Source: Candidatus Marinacidobacterales bacterium (GTDB taxonomy: Bacteria; Acidobacteriota; Vicinamibacteria; Marinacidobacterales; DATDRI01). From it: a DNA stretch of 64,000 nucleotides. The notes below the pieces were generated by a model, which made no database searches, was not told where the DNA came from, and was given only the letters and a program-made list of their open reading frames with translations. The stretch is taken from assembly GCA_965226495.1 (NCBI GenBank), contig OZ245365.1:832001-896000 (forward strand), in the 5' to 3' direction. The position numbers and the translations under genes were made by a program. Of the stretch, positions 29,063 to 39,016 are shown piece after piece (within the stretch, counting starts at the first letter, position 1; every line of letters begins with the position of its first letter).

Positions 29063-31357
29063 ATGAAACGTAGCCCTGTCTACATAGCTGCACTCTGCGC
29101 CGTCGCCGCCATTGTGGCGCCTTCTGTACTTGCCGCGCAGGAAGAATTCGTTCCCTTTCGCCCTACGATCACCATCAAGCGAGTATCCCAGGCGCCTACG
29201 CTCGAGGATTTTCTCGGCATGAAGCCCAGCCCGCAGATCGAAGCGGAGATGACGAAGATCTCGGGCTTCACGCAACGAGACCCGATTGATGGGGCGCCGT
29301 CGACTCTGGCCACCGACGTTTACATGGGGTATGACGACAAGAACCTCTACGTCGTCTATGTTGCCTTCGACGACCAGCCGGAAAAGGTGAGGGCGCGCAT
29401 GGCCCGTCGCGAAAGCGTGGATCGAGACGACGACCTCGTCTATATCAATATCGACACCTACAATGACGAACGGCGGGGCTACGAGTTCGGAACCAATGCT
29501 TACGGCATCCAGTTCGACTCCCTGTTCGCTGAGGGCTCGTCCCCCGATCGATCGTTCGATACGCTTTGGTATTCCCGCGGTGAGCGAACCGACCAAGGGT
29601 TCGTGGTGTGGTTCGCCTTGCCTTTCAAGAGCCTTCGCTTCCCGGCGACCGCGGAGCAGACCTGGGGAATTCTTTTCGAGCGTTGGAGTCCTCATACGAG
29701 TGATTGGTCCTTTTGGCCTCAGGCATCCACTCGCGTTCAAGGGTTCCTGAATCAAACAGCGAGGATCAAGATGGAGAACATCTCGCCCGGACGCAACGTG
29801 CAGCTCATTCCGTATGCCGCGGCGCGCGGGTTCCGCGCTCTCGATACGGAACTTCCTGAAGGTCCCGCTTTCGTCGAAGATTTCACGGACGTGAACATTG
29901 GGCTAGACGCCAAAATGGTGATCAAGGACAGCGTGACGGTCGATGCGACCGTCAATCCGGATTTCAATCAAGTCGAGTCCGACGAGCCGCAGGTTACGGC
30001 GAACCAACGGTTCGAGGTCTTTTTCCCTGAGAAGCGGCCCTTTTTCATCGAGAATGCGCAGTATTTCGAAACGCCAATTAATCTGTTTTTTTCTCGGCGC
30101 ATCGCTGATCCATCACTCGGTGCTCGCCTCACTGGTAAGATCGGGCCGTGGGCGATCGGCGCCCTAGTCACCGACGACGAAGCACCGGGGAAGCGCGCCC
30201 TTCCGGGCTCGCCGCTCCGCGGACAGAACGCGTTCTACGGGATCTTCCGGGCCAGCCGCGATGTCTTCGAGCAGGGCTCGGTGGGGGCGATGTACACCGA
30301 CTGGAGCTTCGACGGGAGCTCGAACCGAGTGGGGGGTGCCGATTTTCGCTTCAAGCTCACACCTAACTTGTCGTTGAAGGGGCAGGCGGTAGCCAGCTCG
30401 ACCACTTTCCAGGGCGAGCTCGGCGAGCTCAGCGTTACCGGACCGGCCTACGACGTTACGCTAGATCGTTCCGGAAGGCACTTGCGTATGTTTTTCGGAT
30501 ACACCGACATCAGCGACGATTTCCGTTCGGTGCCCGGTTTTGTGACCCGGCGGGACATCCGCGAGCTTAGCTACTCGTTTCGTTATCTGTTTCGGCCGGA
30601 AGGCACGCTCATCTCCTGGGGTCCGACGTTTTTCGTCGAAAGCGTTTGGGACCACAACGGGGTTCTCTTGGACGAGATTTACAACCCGGGTCTCGTATGG
30701 AATTTCATGAGACAGACGAGCATCGAGCTGGAATTCTGGAAGAAGGACGAAACGCTTCGCCCCAAGGACTTCCCGGTGCTTATCGAAAACCGTGTCTTTC
30801 CTCAGGAGCATCCGAGCATCAGCTTCAGAAGCAGCCTGCTCCCTGCTCTTTCCGTCGACGTGGAGTATACCGGCGGGACGACGATTAACTTCAACCCTCC
30901 GGCCGGCGAGGAGCCGGAGAAGGCAAATCAGAAGGGCGTGGAGCTCGAGCTTACGATTCGGCCGGCCAACGCGCACCGGATCGACACGACCTATCTTCTC
31001 ACGCAGCTCACCGAGCCCTCCGACGGGGCGAGGATCTTCGACAACCACATCTTCCGGCTCCGGTGGAACTGGCAATTCAATCGCGAGCTATCACTGCGCC
31101 TCATCGGTCAGTACGACGCCCTGCTGAGCAACGAGAGTTTGACGTCGCTTCCCACCGTCAAGAATCTCAATTTCGACGCGCTGGTAACTTATTTGGTGAA
31201 CCCGTGGACGGCGCTCTATGTCGGTTACAACGGGAACGCGCAAAACATCGACCTCATCGATACACCTAACGGACGTCGCCTCATCCGCCCTCGCAGTTCC
31301 TTCGAGAACGACGCGTGGCAGATCTTCGTGAAGTTTTCCTACCTGTTTCGTTTTTGA
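29063..31357 (+). CDS. DUF5916 / CBM9-like domain outer-membrane protein
   Basis: YDDKNLYV, LPFKSLRF, TVNPDFNQVESD, FPEKRPFF; C-terminal KFSYLFRF beta-signal. Confidence 0.88.
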   Translation: MKRSPVYIAALCAVAAIVAPSVLAAQEEFVPFRPTITIKRVSQAPTLEDFLGMKPSPQIEAEMTKISGFTQRDPIDGAPSTLATDVYMGYDDKNLYVVYVAFDDQPEKVRARMARRESVDRDDDLVYINIDTYNDERRGYEFGTNAYGIQFDSLFAEGSSPDRSFDTLWYSRGERTDQGFVVWFALPFKSLRFPATAEQTWGILFERWSPHTSDWSFWPQASTRVQGFLNQTARIKMENISPGRNVQLIPYAAARGFRALDTELPEGPAFVEDFTDVNIGLDAKMVIKDSVTVDATVNPDFNQVESDEPQVTANQRFEVFFPEKRPFFIENAQYFETPINLFFSRRIADPSLGARLTGKIGPWAIGALVTDDEAPGKRALPGSPLRGQNAFYGIFRASRDVFEQGSVGAMYTDWSFDGSSNRVGGADFRFKLTPNLSLKGQAVASSTTFQGELGELSVTGPAYDVTLDRSGRHLRMFFGYTDISDDFRSVPGFVTRRDIRELSYSFRYLFRPEGTLISWGPTFFVESVWDHNGVLLDEIYNPGLVWNFMRQTSIELEFWKKDETLRPKDFPVLIENRVFPQEHPSISFRSSLLPALSVDVEYTGGTTINFNPPAGEEPEKANQKGVELELTIRPANAHRIDTTYLLTQLTEPSDGARIFDNHIFRLRWNWQFNRELSLRLIGQYDALLSNESLTSLPTVKNLNFDALVTYLVNPWTALYVGYNGNAQNIDLIDTPNGRRLIRPRSSFENDAWQIFVKFSYLFRF

Positions 31358-31409
31358 CATAGGCCGCCTTCTCGACGGTCGGAGCAGCACAGCCATCGCC
31401 CTAACTCGC

Positions 31410-31435
31410 CAGAATCTCGCCCGGGCGAGATTCTG
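31410..31435. repeat. 26-bp perfect palindrome (hairpin)
   Basis: CAGAATCTCGCCC-GGGCGAGATTCTG in an intergenic region. Confidence 0.8.
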
Positions 31436-31493
31436 CTTCGTTCACTGAGTCGCCTCACCTGCATCTCGAATCGTCGGTTATACTGTCGCCCAA

Positions 31494-32516
31494 ATGCGCA
31501 CGCTGAAAGACGAGCAATCCTGGTTGATGACCGCTTCGCTCATGGTTCTGGCGGCCGTCGCCATCGCGGTGGCGTTGATCTACACACGCAAGGTGATGGT
31601 GCCTTTCGTTCTCTCGATCTTCATCATGTACCTCGTCGCGCCGATTGTGGACTTTCTTCGGGCTCGTCTCCGGGTTCCCAAGGCGATTTCCATTCTCGCC
31701 GCGCTCCTCGTGGTGGTGGGGCTCTTGACGCTCTTGAGTCTGCTAATCACGACTTCGGTGCGGGGTTTGGCGGCGAGCGCACCCATCTATCGGGAGAGGT
31801 TGACCAGCCTCGCCCAGAGCTTTGTGTCCGTACTCGATCGCTTTGGCGTCGATCTGAGCCAAGATCAGGTGTTGACGACGATCAGGGAGCTGCCGGTGTT
31901 GGACATGGTGCGGCAAACGGCGGGCGGTGTCCTGGGGCTGGTATCGAACGGCATTCTGGTACTCATCTTTGTGATCTATCTGCTGGCGGGAAGACAACCG
32001 CACGAGCAGAGAACCGGGTTCTACGCCGAGGCGGATCAGAAGATCCGCCGTTATCTACTTACTAAGGTGTCGACGTCCGCGGCGACGGGACTTCTAACCG
32101 GGATCATTCTAAGTCTGTTCGGTCTCGACCTTGCCTTAGTCTTCGGTGTGCTGGCGTTCTTTCTGAATTTCATCCCATCTGTCGGTTCCATCATCGCGAC
32201 CTTGCTTCCGATTCCGATGGCGATGGTTCAATTCGAGAGTTCCTGGATGATCGCGGGCATCATCCTAGTTCCCGGTGCGGTCCAGATGACGATCGGAAAC
32301 GGAATTGAGCCCGTGCTGATGGGTGAGGGCCTCGACCTCCATCCGGTGACGATTCTCCTCGCCTTGGTGTTCTGGGGATTGATCTGGGGCGTGGTGGGAA
32401 TGTTTTTGGCCGCGCCGATCACCGCCGTCCTGCGAATCGTTTTCGATCGCTTCGAGACGACCCGGCCGGTCGCGGGCTTGTTGGCGGGCCGCCTGCCCGG
32501 CGAAGCTGAAGCCTAA
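31494..32516 (+). CDS. AI-2E family transporter
   Basis: LNFIPSVGS, IEPVLMG..LDLHP, WGVVGMFLAAP. Confidence 0.92.
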   Translation: MRTLKDEQSWLMTASLMVLAAVAIAVALIYTRKVMVPFVLSIFIMYLVAPIVDFLRARLRVPKAISILAALLVVVGLLTLLSLLITTSVRGLAASAPIYRERLTSLAQSFVSVLDRFGVDLSQDQVLTTIRELPVLDMVRQTAGGVLGLVSNGILVLIFVIYLLAGRQPHEQRTGFYAEADQKIRRYLLTKVSTSAATGLLTGIILSLFGLDLALVFGVLAFFLNFIPSVGSIIATLLPIPMAMVQFESSWMIAGIILVPGAVQMTIGNGIEPVLMGEGLDLHPVTILLALVFWGLIWGVVGMFLAAPITAVLRIVFDRFETTRPVAGLLAGRLPGEAEA

Positions 32517-32750
32517 CCTAAGCTTCGATCTGGACCATCGGCCCTGGCGGTGCGTCGCCAAACCTCAGCGGGTCCATCGGACAGCACGAGAGTGCCGGAG
32601 CGCTAATCCTGTTTCTTTTTGGCGGCGAGAATTGCCTTGATGAGATCTTCGGGAGCGTCCTCCGGCACTCCTTCATCGGGCTCGGCGAGCGCCGCTTTTT
32701 CGGCGGTGAAGACGAATCTTGACGGCGTTTGATAGGCTTGCACCATTACC

Positions 32751-35132
32751 ATGCGTGGAAGAAAGGTAACGCTTCTCCCAATGCTGCTGGCGCTCGCGGC
32801 GGCCTGCAGCGAGTTGCCGAGAAAGCAGCCTGTTTCGCTTCTCGATCCTTCTCTGCCTTCCAGGGAAGTGGTGTTGGAAGGAGAGTCCCGAACTGCGTTT
32901 GACGGCTCGAAGCGGGTGTTCCCGCTCAAGGTGCCGCAGAACGCCGTACTCCAGTTCTCGATGGCCGTGTTGGGCACACCCAGCCCCGGTCTGCCTGAGA
33001 CAGAGTTTCTGATCGAGATCGAAGTCGATGGCAGGCGGAGCCGCGCGTTTCGCGAAACCCTTGCTGCACATGGGGAAAATCATTGGAACGATCGCATGGT
33101 TGACCTCAACCCATGGGAGGGGAGAGTGGTCTCGCTGAGATTCACCGCGAGATCTTTGCCGGACACCTCGGGTGGGGAGCATCGGCAGTCACTAGTTCCG
33201 GTTTGGGGAGAGCCGGTCTTAGCGAGTGTCCATGCGCAACCGGTTGGGCAAGCGGTGGCGCTCTTCAATGAGTGGCATCGCCGAGCCGGCCGAACGCGCG
33301 CGGTAGGCGATACAAAGTTCAGCCACGACCGTGGCTTCTATGAGGACCCCCTGGAAGTTACTATCGCCACCGCCACTCCCGGCGCGACCATCGTCTATAC
33401 GACGGACGGCAGTGAGCCGAGCGCGAGCAATGGCATCGTCGGCGACAAGGTTGTTGTGGAAAAAACGACCGTCCTTCGAGCCATGGCGTACAAGCCCGGT
33501 GCGAGGAGCACCAACGTCGACACGCATACCTATTTATTTCCCACGACGGTAAAGAAGCAGGCGACTTTGCCATTCGATTATCCAGCGCCCTTCCGCTCTT
33601 TCAATATGGCTCCGCGCGCAGATCTCGACCTCGAAATCGATCCCGATGTCGTGAACACGAGCAACGAACTGGAGTTCGTGGAAGGATTAACCTCGATCCC
33701 CACACTCTCCGTCGTCATGGACGCGGAGCATCTTTTTGGTGAGAGCCAAGGACTCTACTTTCAGGAGGGCGCACTAACCCGTCCCGCATCGGTTGAGCTC
33801 CTTTATCCCGGGACGTTTCCCGATTTCGAAGGTTTCCAGGTCGATTGTGGAATTAGAGCCCACAGCGTGACACGAGCGAGTGAAAAACGTTCGTTTCGCC
33901 TTATTTTCAATAAAGATTTCGGTCCGGGCATGCTGAGATACCCTTTTTTCGAGAGCGCCGTGCACCACGCCGAGTCTGCGGTGCAAGAGTTCAACACGAT
34001 CGTGCTACGGGCCGGGGGACAAGCAAATTGGTCGAGAGCCGGCCATATCAGCGAGTTGGCGGTCTATGTCCGCGACCAACACGCTCGCGACGCGCAACTT
34101 TCTTTGAGCGGTAACGCCGCGCACGGAATTTTTGTGCATCTCTATCTGAACGGGGTTTACTGGGGGGTGTACAACGCGGTGGAGCGTCCGGATCCTCGAT
34201 TCCTCGCTTCCTATTATGGTGGCGATCCGGCCGCCGACTGGTTTGCCATCAACCAGTCCGGCGCGGTTGGGAACCCGAACCCCCGGTGGCACGGCATGCA
34301 CCGTTATGCGCGTGACAATGTCCTCTCGGATCCGGCGAAGTACGAGGAGATGAAAACCTTATTGGATACCGCCCAGTTTAGTGACTACATCTTGCTCAAT
34401 TGGTTGGCCGGCATGGGGGACTGGGGTGACAAGAATTGGTATGGAGGAATTCGGATTCACCCTCCCGGTTCAGGATTGTATTTCTGCTGGGATTCGGAGA
34501 TCACCTACGGGCTCCTTGCCAATTACGGCCACGCGGGGGCATGGGTTCCGCCTAAGTTCGTATCGGGCGGGACGACCCCGTTGCACAAACTGTGGATGGC
34601 GTTGGCTGACAGCCCGGAATTCAGATTGGAGTTCGCGGATCGCGTCTACCGCGCCTGCTACGACGGCGGCCCGCTCACAGACAGCGTAAGCAAGGCCAAT
34701 TTCCGAAGGCTCGCGGATTATGTGGAGCCGGCGATGCTTTGTGAGTCGGCCCGATGGGGCGACTCCAGTCCCGGCAGAAAAAACAAACCTCGAACGCGAG
34801 ACGTGCATTGGAAAAGATCGAGGGACTACGTCCTCGAATTGATGGACGGAAACGTCGAAAGGTTTATTCAAGCGCTTCGCCGACACTCTTATTACCCTTC
34901 GATCGACCCTCCTGTGTTCGAGCGAACTCCTGATGGCATTACCATCAGCCGCCCGGAGGGAGCGGAAAGAGTCTATTACACGCTCGATGGCCGCGATCCA
35001 CGAGACCCGACGGCGCTCAGTTTCAGTGAAGCCGTTTCTACGGTTCCTTTCTCTCGCAACCTCAAGGGGCGTTCGCGACGAGGCAAGGAGTGGAGTGCCC
35101 TGAACGAATTCGGGATTTGGGGACAAGAGTAA
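32751..35132 (+). CDS. lipoprotein with Fn3-like (chitobiase C-terminal) domain and CotH kinase domain
   Basis: LAAAC lipobox; YTTDGSEP; KRSFRL, LYLNGVYWGVY..ERPD, DW..KNW, WDSE, ESARWGD. Confidence 0.85.
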   Translation: MRGRKVTLLPMLLALAAACSELPRKQPVSLLDPSLPSREVVLEGESRTAFDGSKRVFPLKVPQNAVLQFSMAVLGTPSPGLPETEFLIEIEVDGRRSRAFRETLAAHGENHWNDRMVDLNPWEGRVVSLRFTARSLPDTSGGEHRQSLVPVWGEPVLASVHAQPVGQAVALFNEWHRRAGRTRAVGDTKFSHDRGFYEDPLEVTIATATPGATIVYTTDGSEPSASNGIVGDKVVVEKTTVLRAMAYKPGARSTNVDTHTYLFPTTVKKQATLPFDYPAPFRSFNMAPRADLDLEIDPDVVNTSNELEFVEGLTSIPTLSVVMDAEHLFGESQGLYFQEGALTRPASVELLYPGTFPDFEGFQVDCGIRAHSVTRASEKRSFRLIFNKDFGPGMLRYPFFESAVHHAESAVQEFNTIVLRAGGQANWSRAGHISELAVYVRDQHARDAQLSLSGNAAHGIFVHLYLNGVYWGVYNAVERPDPRFLASYYGGDPAADWFAINQSGAVGNPNPRWHGMHRYARDNVLSDPAKYEEMKTLLDTAQFSDYILLNWLAGMGDWGDKNWYGGIRIHPPGSGLYFCWDSEITYGLLANYGHAGAWVPPKFVSGGTTPLHKLWMALADSPEFRLEFADRVYRACYDGGPLTDSVSKANFRRLADYVEPAMLCESARWGDSSPGRKNKPRTRDVHWKRSRDYVLELMDGNVERFIQALRRHSYYPSIDPPVFERTPDGITISRPEGAERVYYTLDGRDPRDPTALSFSEAVSTVPFSRNLKGRSRRGKEWSALNEFGIWGQE

Positions 35133-35139
35133 CCTAGAT

Positions 35140-37662
35140 TCACTCTTGGCCCAGATCTTCAATCGCCTCTCTTATGGCGTGCGTGGCGCTCTGGTAGTCC
35201 TCGCTCTCCGCGAAATGTAGTGCAGGGCCCATTCGAATATGCACCGCGCCGGTTCGTGGCCAACTATCGTGCAGCGAGTAGATTTCGAACATCCCTTGGT
35301 GGTGGATGGGGATCACCGGAAGTCGGAGTCGAACCGCCATGAGTCCGATACCGTTCTTGAACGGCTTTAGTGTGCCGTCCGGGGAACGTTCACCCTCGGG
35401 GTAAACCAGGGGGCAAAAGCCTCGGTCGACGAGCTCGCCCGTGAATCGGAGTGCCCTTCGCACACCGGTCATCTCGTGAGGAAGGGGGTAGGCGTTGAAG
35501 AGACAAGTGGCCAGATAATACTCGATCATATTTCGCCATCGAGTTTTCAACGGGTGGCCGCTCGGGTCGAAGTAGGCACGGAACCGTTCCTGCATCATGG
35601 CCGGTGCGACCCGATGGCGCCATGGCATTGGCAGGGAAGCCATGATGACCGGCGTATCGAGATGGCTGTTGTGGTTGGCCGCGAAAAGCACGGGCCGCGG
35701 TTGGCCTCGCAAATTCTCGAGCCCGTCGACAGAAAGCTCGATGTAGTGGCGGAGCAGAGGCCAGAACAAGAGCTCCGAGATCGCGGCGCTCGCCCACCTT
35801 ACGGGCCGCGAACGGTCCCAGCGAGGCAATGCTTCGCGTGAAAGAGTCTCGAAAGGCGATTGGGTGGCTGTGGGCCGCTCTCGTTCGAGCCTGGCCCTCA
35901 AAGCGCCGACAGTTTTCGACTCGGAGAGAACCTCCTCGTCTAGGGCGACCCCGTAGGCCTCCTCCAACTGCGACAACAAATCGAGCTGTTCCAGCGAGGA
36001 TAGACCGAGGTCCTCGGAGAGGCGGAGGTCGTCCCGCAGGGTTGCAGCCTCGCGACTCGAGATCTGAGCCAAGATTCCCATGACTTCGGTAGCCGGTCTC
36101 GGCTCCGACGGTGCGGGCTCGACAGCCTGGAGGCGGTTCAGCACTTCGCGACGTTGGATCTTCAAGGTCGAGGCGGTGCGCGGGAAGTCTACATCGGGCC
36201 AAACGCTCCACGAACGAATGCGCTGGTGAGGTTCCAGAGACTCGTTGGCCCGGCGAACGAGGCTTTCGACGTCTCTTTTGGGATCACTCAAGAGAAAGAC
36301 GGCATGTACTTGTTCGTCCCCCTGGCTGGGTAAAGCCAGTACGACGCTCTCTCTCACTTCCGCGAACTGGTTGAGGATCGACTCGACGTCTTGTGGGAAG
36401 ATATTGAGGCCGTCGGCTGTGACGATCACATCTTTCTTTCTGCCCAGGAAGTAGAGCCGTCGATCCTCGTCGATGCGGCCGAGATCCCCCGTGTGTAACC
36501 ACCCTTCATCGTCGACGAAAGTGTCCTGATCGCCTCGCCGCGTCGGTGTTTGCCCCAAGTATTCCGAGACCACGCTTGCTCCCCGAACCAGGATCTCGCC
36601 GTCCGGCGCAATCGCGACTTCTTGATCGCCTACGACTTTTCCGAGCGAGCCTGCGCTCGTGTGGAACGGGTGATTCACGGTAACCACCGGACTCGTCTCG
36701 GTGAGCCCGTAGCCTTGCACGACAACGAAACCCAATCGCCGCCAAAAAGATTCGTCTTCAGTGGACAGCCGCGCCCCTCCTACGACAAGCGCCCAAAATT
36801 TCCAGCCGAGGTCACGGTGGAGCGGCCGGTTGCTCCACCAGCCCTCTTTCGGAGGCGATGGGAGTCGCGGCTCTATCTGGTGCCGCAGATTCTTTAGGAC
36901 TTGGGGGACGCCGACCAACACAGAGACTCGCTCGCGGCGCAGAGTCTCTATGATCGCGCCCGGTTGAAGCTCCTTTACGAATACCGCCGATCCACCGAGG
37001 AGGACGGGAATGAAGAGCCCGAGCGACTGTCCGAAGAGATGGCTCAGGGGAAGCAGGTCGAGAATGCGAATCGGTTGAAAGGGACGGGCGAGTTTCTTGT
37101 ATTTGTCGATCTCTCTAGCGATCGGCGTCAGGTTGGCGCAAAGGTGTCGCTGTCGGTGAACGACACCTTTTGGCACGCCCGTTGTACCTGAGGTGAAAAC
37201 GATCTGAACGACGTCATCTTTCGAGGGTATCGAGGGTCTGACGTCGATGACGTCGTGATCAGCCAAGGCCGCCACGTCCTCGAAGGAAAGTCTCCGAAGT
37301 TTCTCATTTTTCGCCCCATTCGCCGTGACCTGAGCGCCATGCACGAGCCACCGTGCGTTGACCGTTTCTTGAATCCGGGTCATCAGCTCGGGAGAGGATC
37401 GGAAATCCAGAGGGACCACCTCCACACCCCGGGCGATCGCGGCCCAAAAAACGGCGACCCACTCGGGCCGGTTCTCGCCCCACAGGAGCAGGCGATCGCC
37501 CTTGCGTGCTTCTTGGCTGTCGAGAAAATGTACGAATCCAGAAATGTGACGGTAGAGTGCCCGGTAGGAGAGCGTCCAGGTTCGGAAACCGTTGTAATAC
37601 CGGATGGCCTCGCGGCTGCCGAGGCGCTTAATCTCAGGGAAGAGTTCGACGAGCGTTTGCAT
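35140..37662 (-). CDS. long-chain acyl-CoA/ACP synthetase - carrier domain - PlsC acyltransferase fusion
   Basis: FTSGTTGVPKG, GYGLTE, HTGD; LGLSSL carrier motif; NHNSHLD, YPEG. Confidence 0.9.
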   Translation of the reverse strand: MQTLVELFPEIKRLGSREAIRYYNGFRTWTLSYRALYRHISGFVHFLDSQEARKGDRLLLWGENRPEWVAVFWAAIARGVEVVPLDFRSSPELMTRIQETVNARWLVHGAQVTANGAKNEKLRRLSFEDVAALADHDVIDVRPSIPSKDDVVQIVFTSGTTGVPKGVVHRQRHLCANLTPIAREIDKYKKLARPFQPIRILDLLPLSHLFGQSLGLFIPVLLGGSAVFVKELQPGAIIETLRRERVSVLVGVPQVLKNLRHQIEPRLPSPPKEGWWSNRPLHRDLGWKFWALVVGGARLSTEDESFWRRLGFVVVQGYGLTETSPVVTVNHPFHTSAGSLGKVVGDQEVAIAPDGEILVRGASVVSEYLGQTPTRRGDQDTFVDDEGWLHTGDLGRIDEDRRLYFLGRKKDVIVTADGLNIFPQDVESILNQFAEVRESVVLALPSQGDEQVHAVFLLSDPKRDVESLVRRANESLEPHQRIRSWSVWPDVDFPRTASTLKIQRREVLNRLQAVEPAPSEPRPATEVMGILAQISSREAATLRDDLRLSEDLGLSSLEQLDLLSQLEEAYGVALDEEVLSESKTVGALRARLERERPTATQSPFETLSREALPRWDRSRPVRWASAAISELLFWPLLRHYIELSVDGLENLRGQPRPVLFAANHNSHLDTPVIMASLPMPWRHRVAPAMMQERFRAYFDPSGHPLKTRWRNMIEYYLATCLFNAYPLPHEMTGVRRALRFTGELVDRGFCPLVYPEGERSPDGTLKPFKNGIGLMAVRLRLPVIPIHHQGMFEIYSLHDSWPRTGAVHIRMGPALHFAESEDYQSATHAIREAIEDLGQE

Positions 37663-37864
37663 CGAGCCAAGGCTCCAGCGTGCGCTCGAGCTCCTCGAGT
37701 GGGAGCCACCCTCGGCTTACCGTGGTAAACCGGGCGTCCTCGCGGAGGAGGGTGGAGGGGAATCCACGCGCACCCATCTCTAAAGCGCTGCGGAAGTCCG
37801 CCAGTGAACCCCAACACCATGAGCACATGGGGTGCGCGACGTAGACGAATTCGGTACCGGACAA
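37634..37864 (-). pseudogene. DsbA-family protein with a large in-frame internal deletion (76 aa remnant)
   Basis: N-terminal YVAHPMCSWCWG is joined directly to C-terminal ADFRSALEMGARGFPS. Confidence 0.6.
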
Positions 37865-37875
37865 TGTCTCTTCCG

Positions 37876-38238
37876 TCAGGAGCGAAACGAGCCGACCGCG
37901 AGAAGCAGCCAACCTACCAGGAAACCGAGACCACCGATGGGTGTCACCGCACCCCACCACTTGACGCCGGATATCGCGAGCACGTAGAGACTGCCGGAGA
38001 ATACGAGCACCCCGAAAGTGAACGCAACGCCGGCGCCCGTGACCCATTGGCTCGGGTGTGATTCGGAAAGCCACGCCACAACGAAGAGGCCGAGCGAGTG
38101 ATAGAAATGATACCGGACGCCGGTCTCGAAGACTTGGAGCATATCGGCCGATAGACGCGCGCGCAGAGCGTGCGCTCCGAACGCCCCCAGCCCGACAGCG
38201 AAAAACATGAGGACGCTCCCCAGGCGGATCCAGATCAT
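37876..38238 (-). CDS. DUF423 (YgdD/TMEM256) membrane protein
   Basis: GAFGAHAL, YHFYH, FSGSLY, TPIGG. Confidence 0.92.
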   Translation of the reverse strand: MIWIRLGSVLMFFAVGLGAFGAHALRARLSADMLQVFETGVRYHFYHSLGLFVVAWLSESHPSQWVTGAGVAFTFGVLVFSGSLYVLAISGVKWWGAVTPIGGLGFLVGWLLLAVGSFRS

Positions 38239-38930
38239 TTCGACCGCGCCTCCATGAGCTCGATCCAGTCGAGTGATGCGAGATCCCCTTGAAACGCCCG
38301 ATGGGTCTTGTGGGCTTGGCAGTAGCGGATTATCAGCTCTCTCTGACCATCGGCCAGCTCCCGGTCTTCCGCAAACTCGACCGGCATCGCGTAGCGGTCG
38401 ATGATGCTCTGAATCTGAGCGCGGTTCTTCCCCTGGCCGGAGCGAAAGACGACGCGGAGCTCTTCCAGATCACAGGTGCCGAGATACCGTACCTCCAGTC
38501 TATGCCAGAGCGTGAGGGTGAGGAAAATGGCACCGGCCAGGGCCAGACCACTGGTTGCGTATCCAACTCCTACGACCATTCCCACCGCGGCAATCACCCA
38601 TATGGAGGCTGCGGTGGTCAAACCGGTGATGCTGCCCCTTTCCCGAAGGATGGCGCCCGCGCCCAAGAAGCCGACCCCGGTTACGATCTGCGCCGCGATG
38701 CGTGAGCGGTCGAGGGCTCCGAAGGCCTCGTCGATGGACATCAACGTAAAGACCGCCGAGCCCAAGCAGATGAGGGTCAAGGTACGCAGCCCGGCGGGCT
38801 TGTCGGCCCGTTCTCTCTCCGCGCCGACAATCGTTCCGCAGACGATGGAAACGATCACCAAAATGAACTCCGAGAACGGAGCGGGAACCACCTCACGAAT
38901 GTCACCGAATATCGTTTGGAGGAGGTCCAT
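38235..38930 (-). CDS. MgtC/SapB family protein
   Basis: GAERE..KPAGLRT, RIAAQIVTGVGFLGAG, GLTTAASIW. Confidence 0.92.
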   Translation of the reverse strand: MDLLQTIFGDIREVVPAPFSEFILVIVSIVCGTIVGAERERADKPAGLRTLTLICLGSAVFTLMSIDEAFGALDRSRIAAQIVTGVGFLGAGAILRERGSITGLTTAASIWVIAAVGMVVGVGYATSGLALAGAIFLTLTLWHRLEVRYLGTCDLEELRVVFRSGQGKNRAQIQSIIDRYAMPVEFAEDRELADGQRELIIRYCQAHKTHRAFQGDLASLDWIELMEARSK

Positions 38931-39016
38931 GGCGGGTCATGTTACTCCTCAGTTGGGGATGAAGCCAAGCCCTGATAGGATCGGCCGTTATCTTTAATAA
39001 GGAGATTCGACCGAAG

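Noticed and set aside
32510-32600. GCCTAAC at the AI-2E stop as an attC R'' box
   Set aside because: No complementary L'/R' arm downstream.
32603-32730. Protein-like C-terminal tail (..DLIKAILAAKKKQD) on the minus strand
   Set aside because: No start or family could be assigned; a possible remnant but not supportable.
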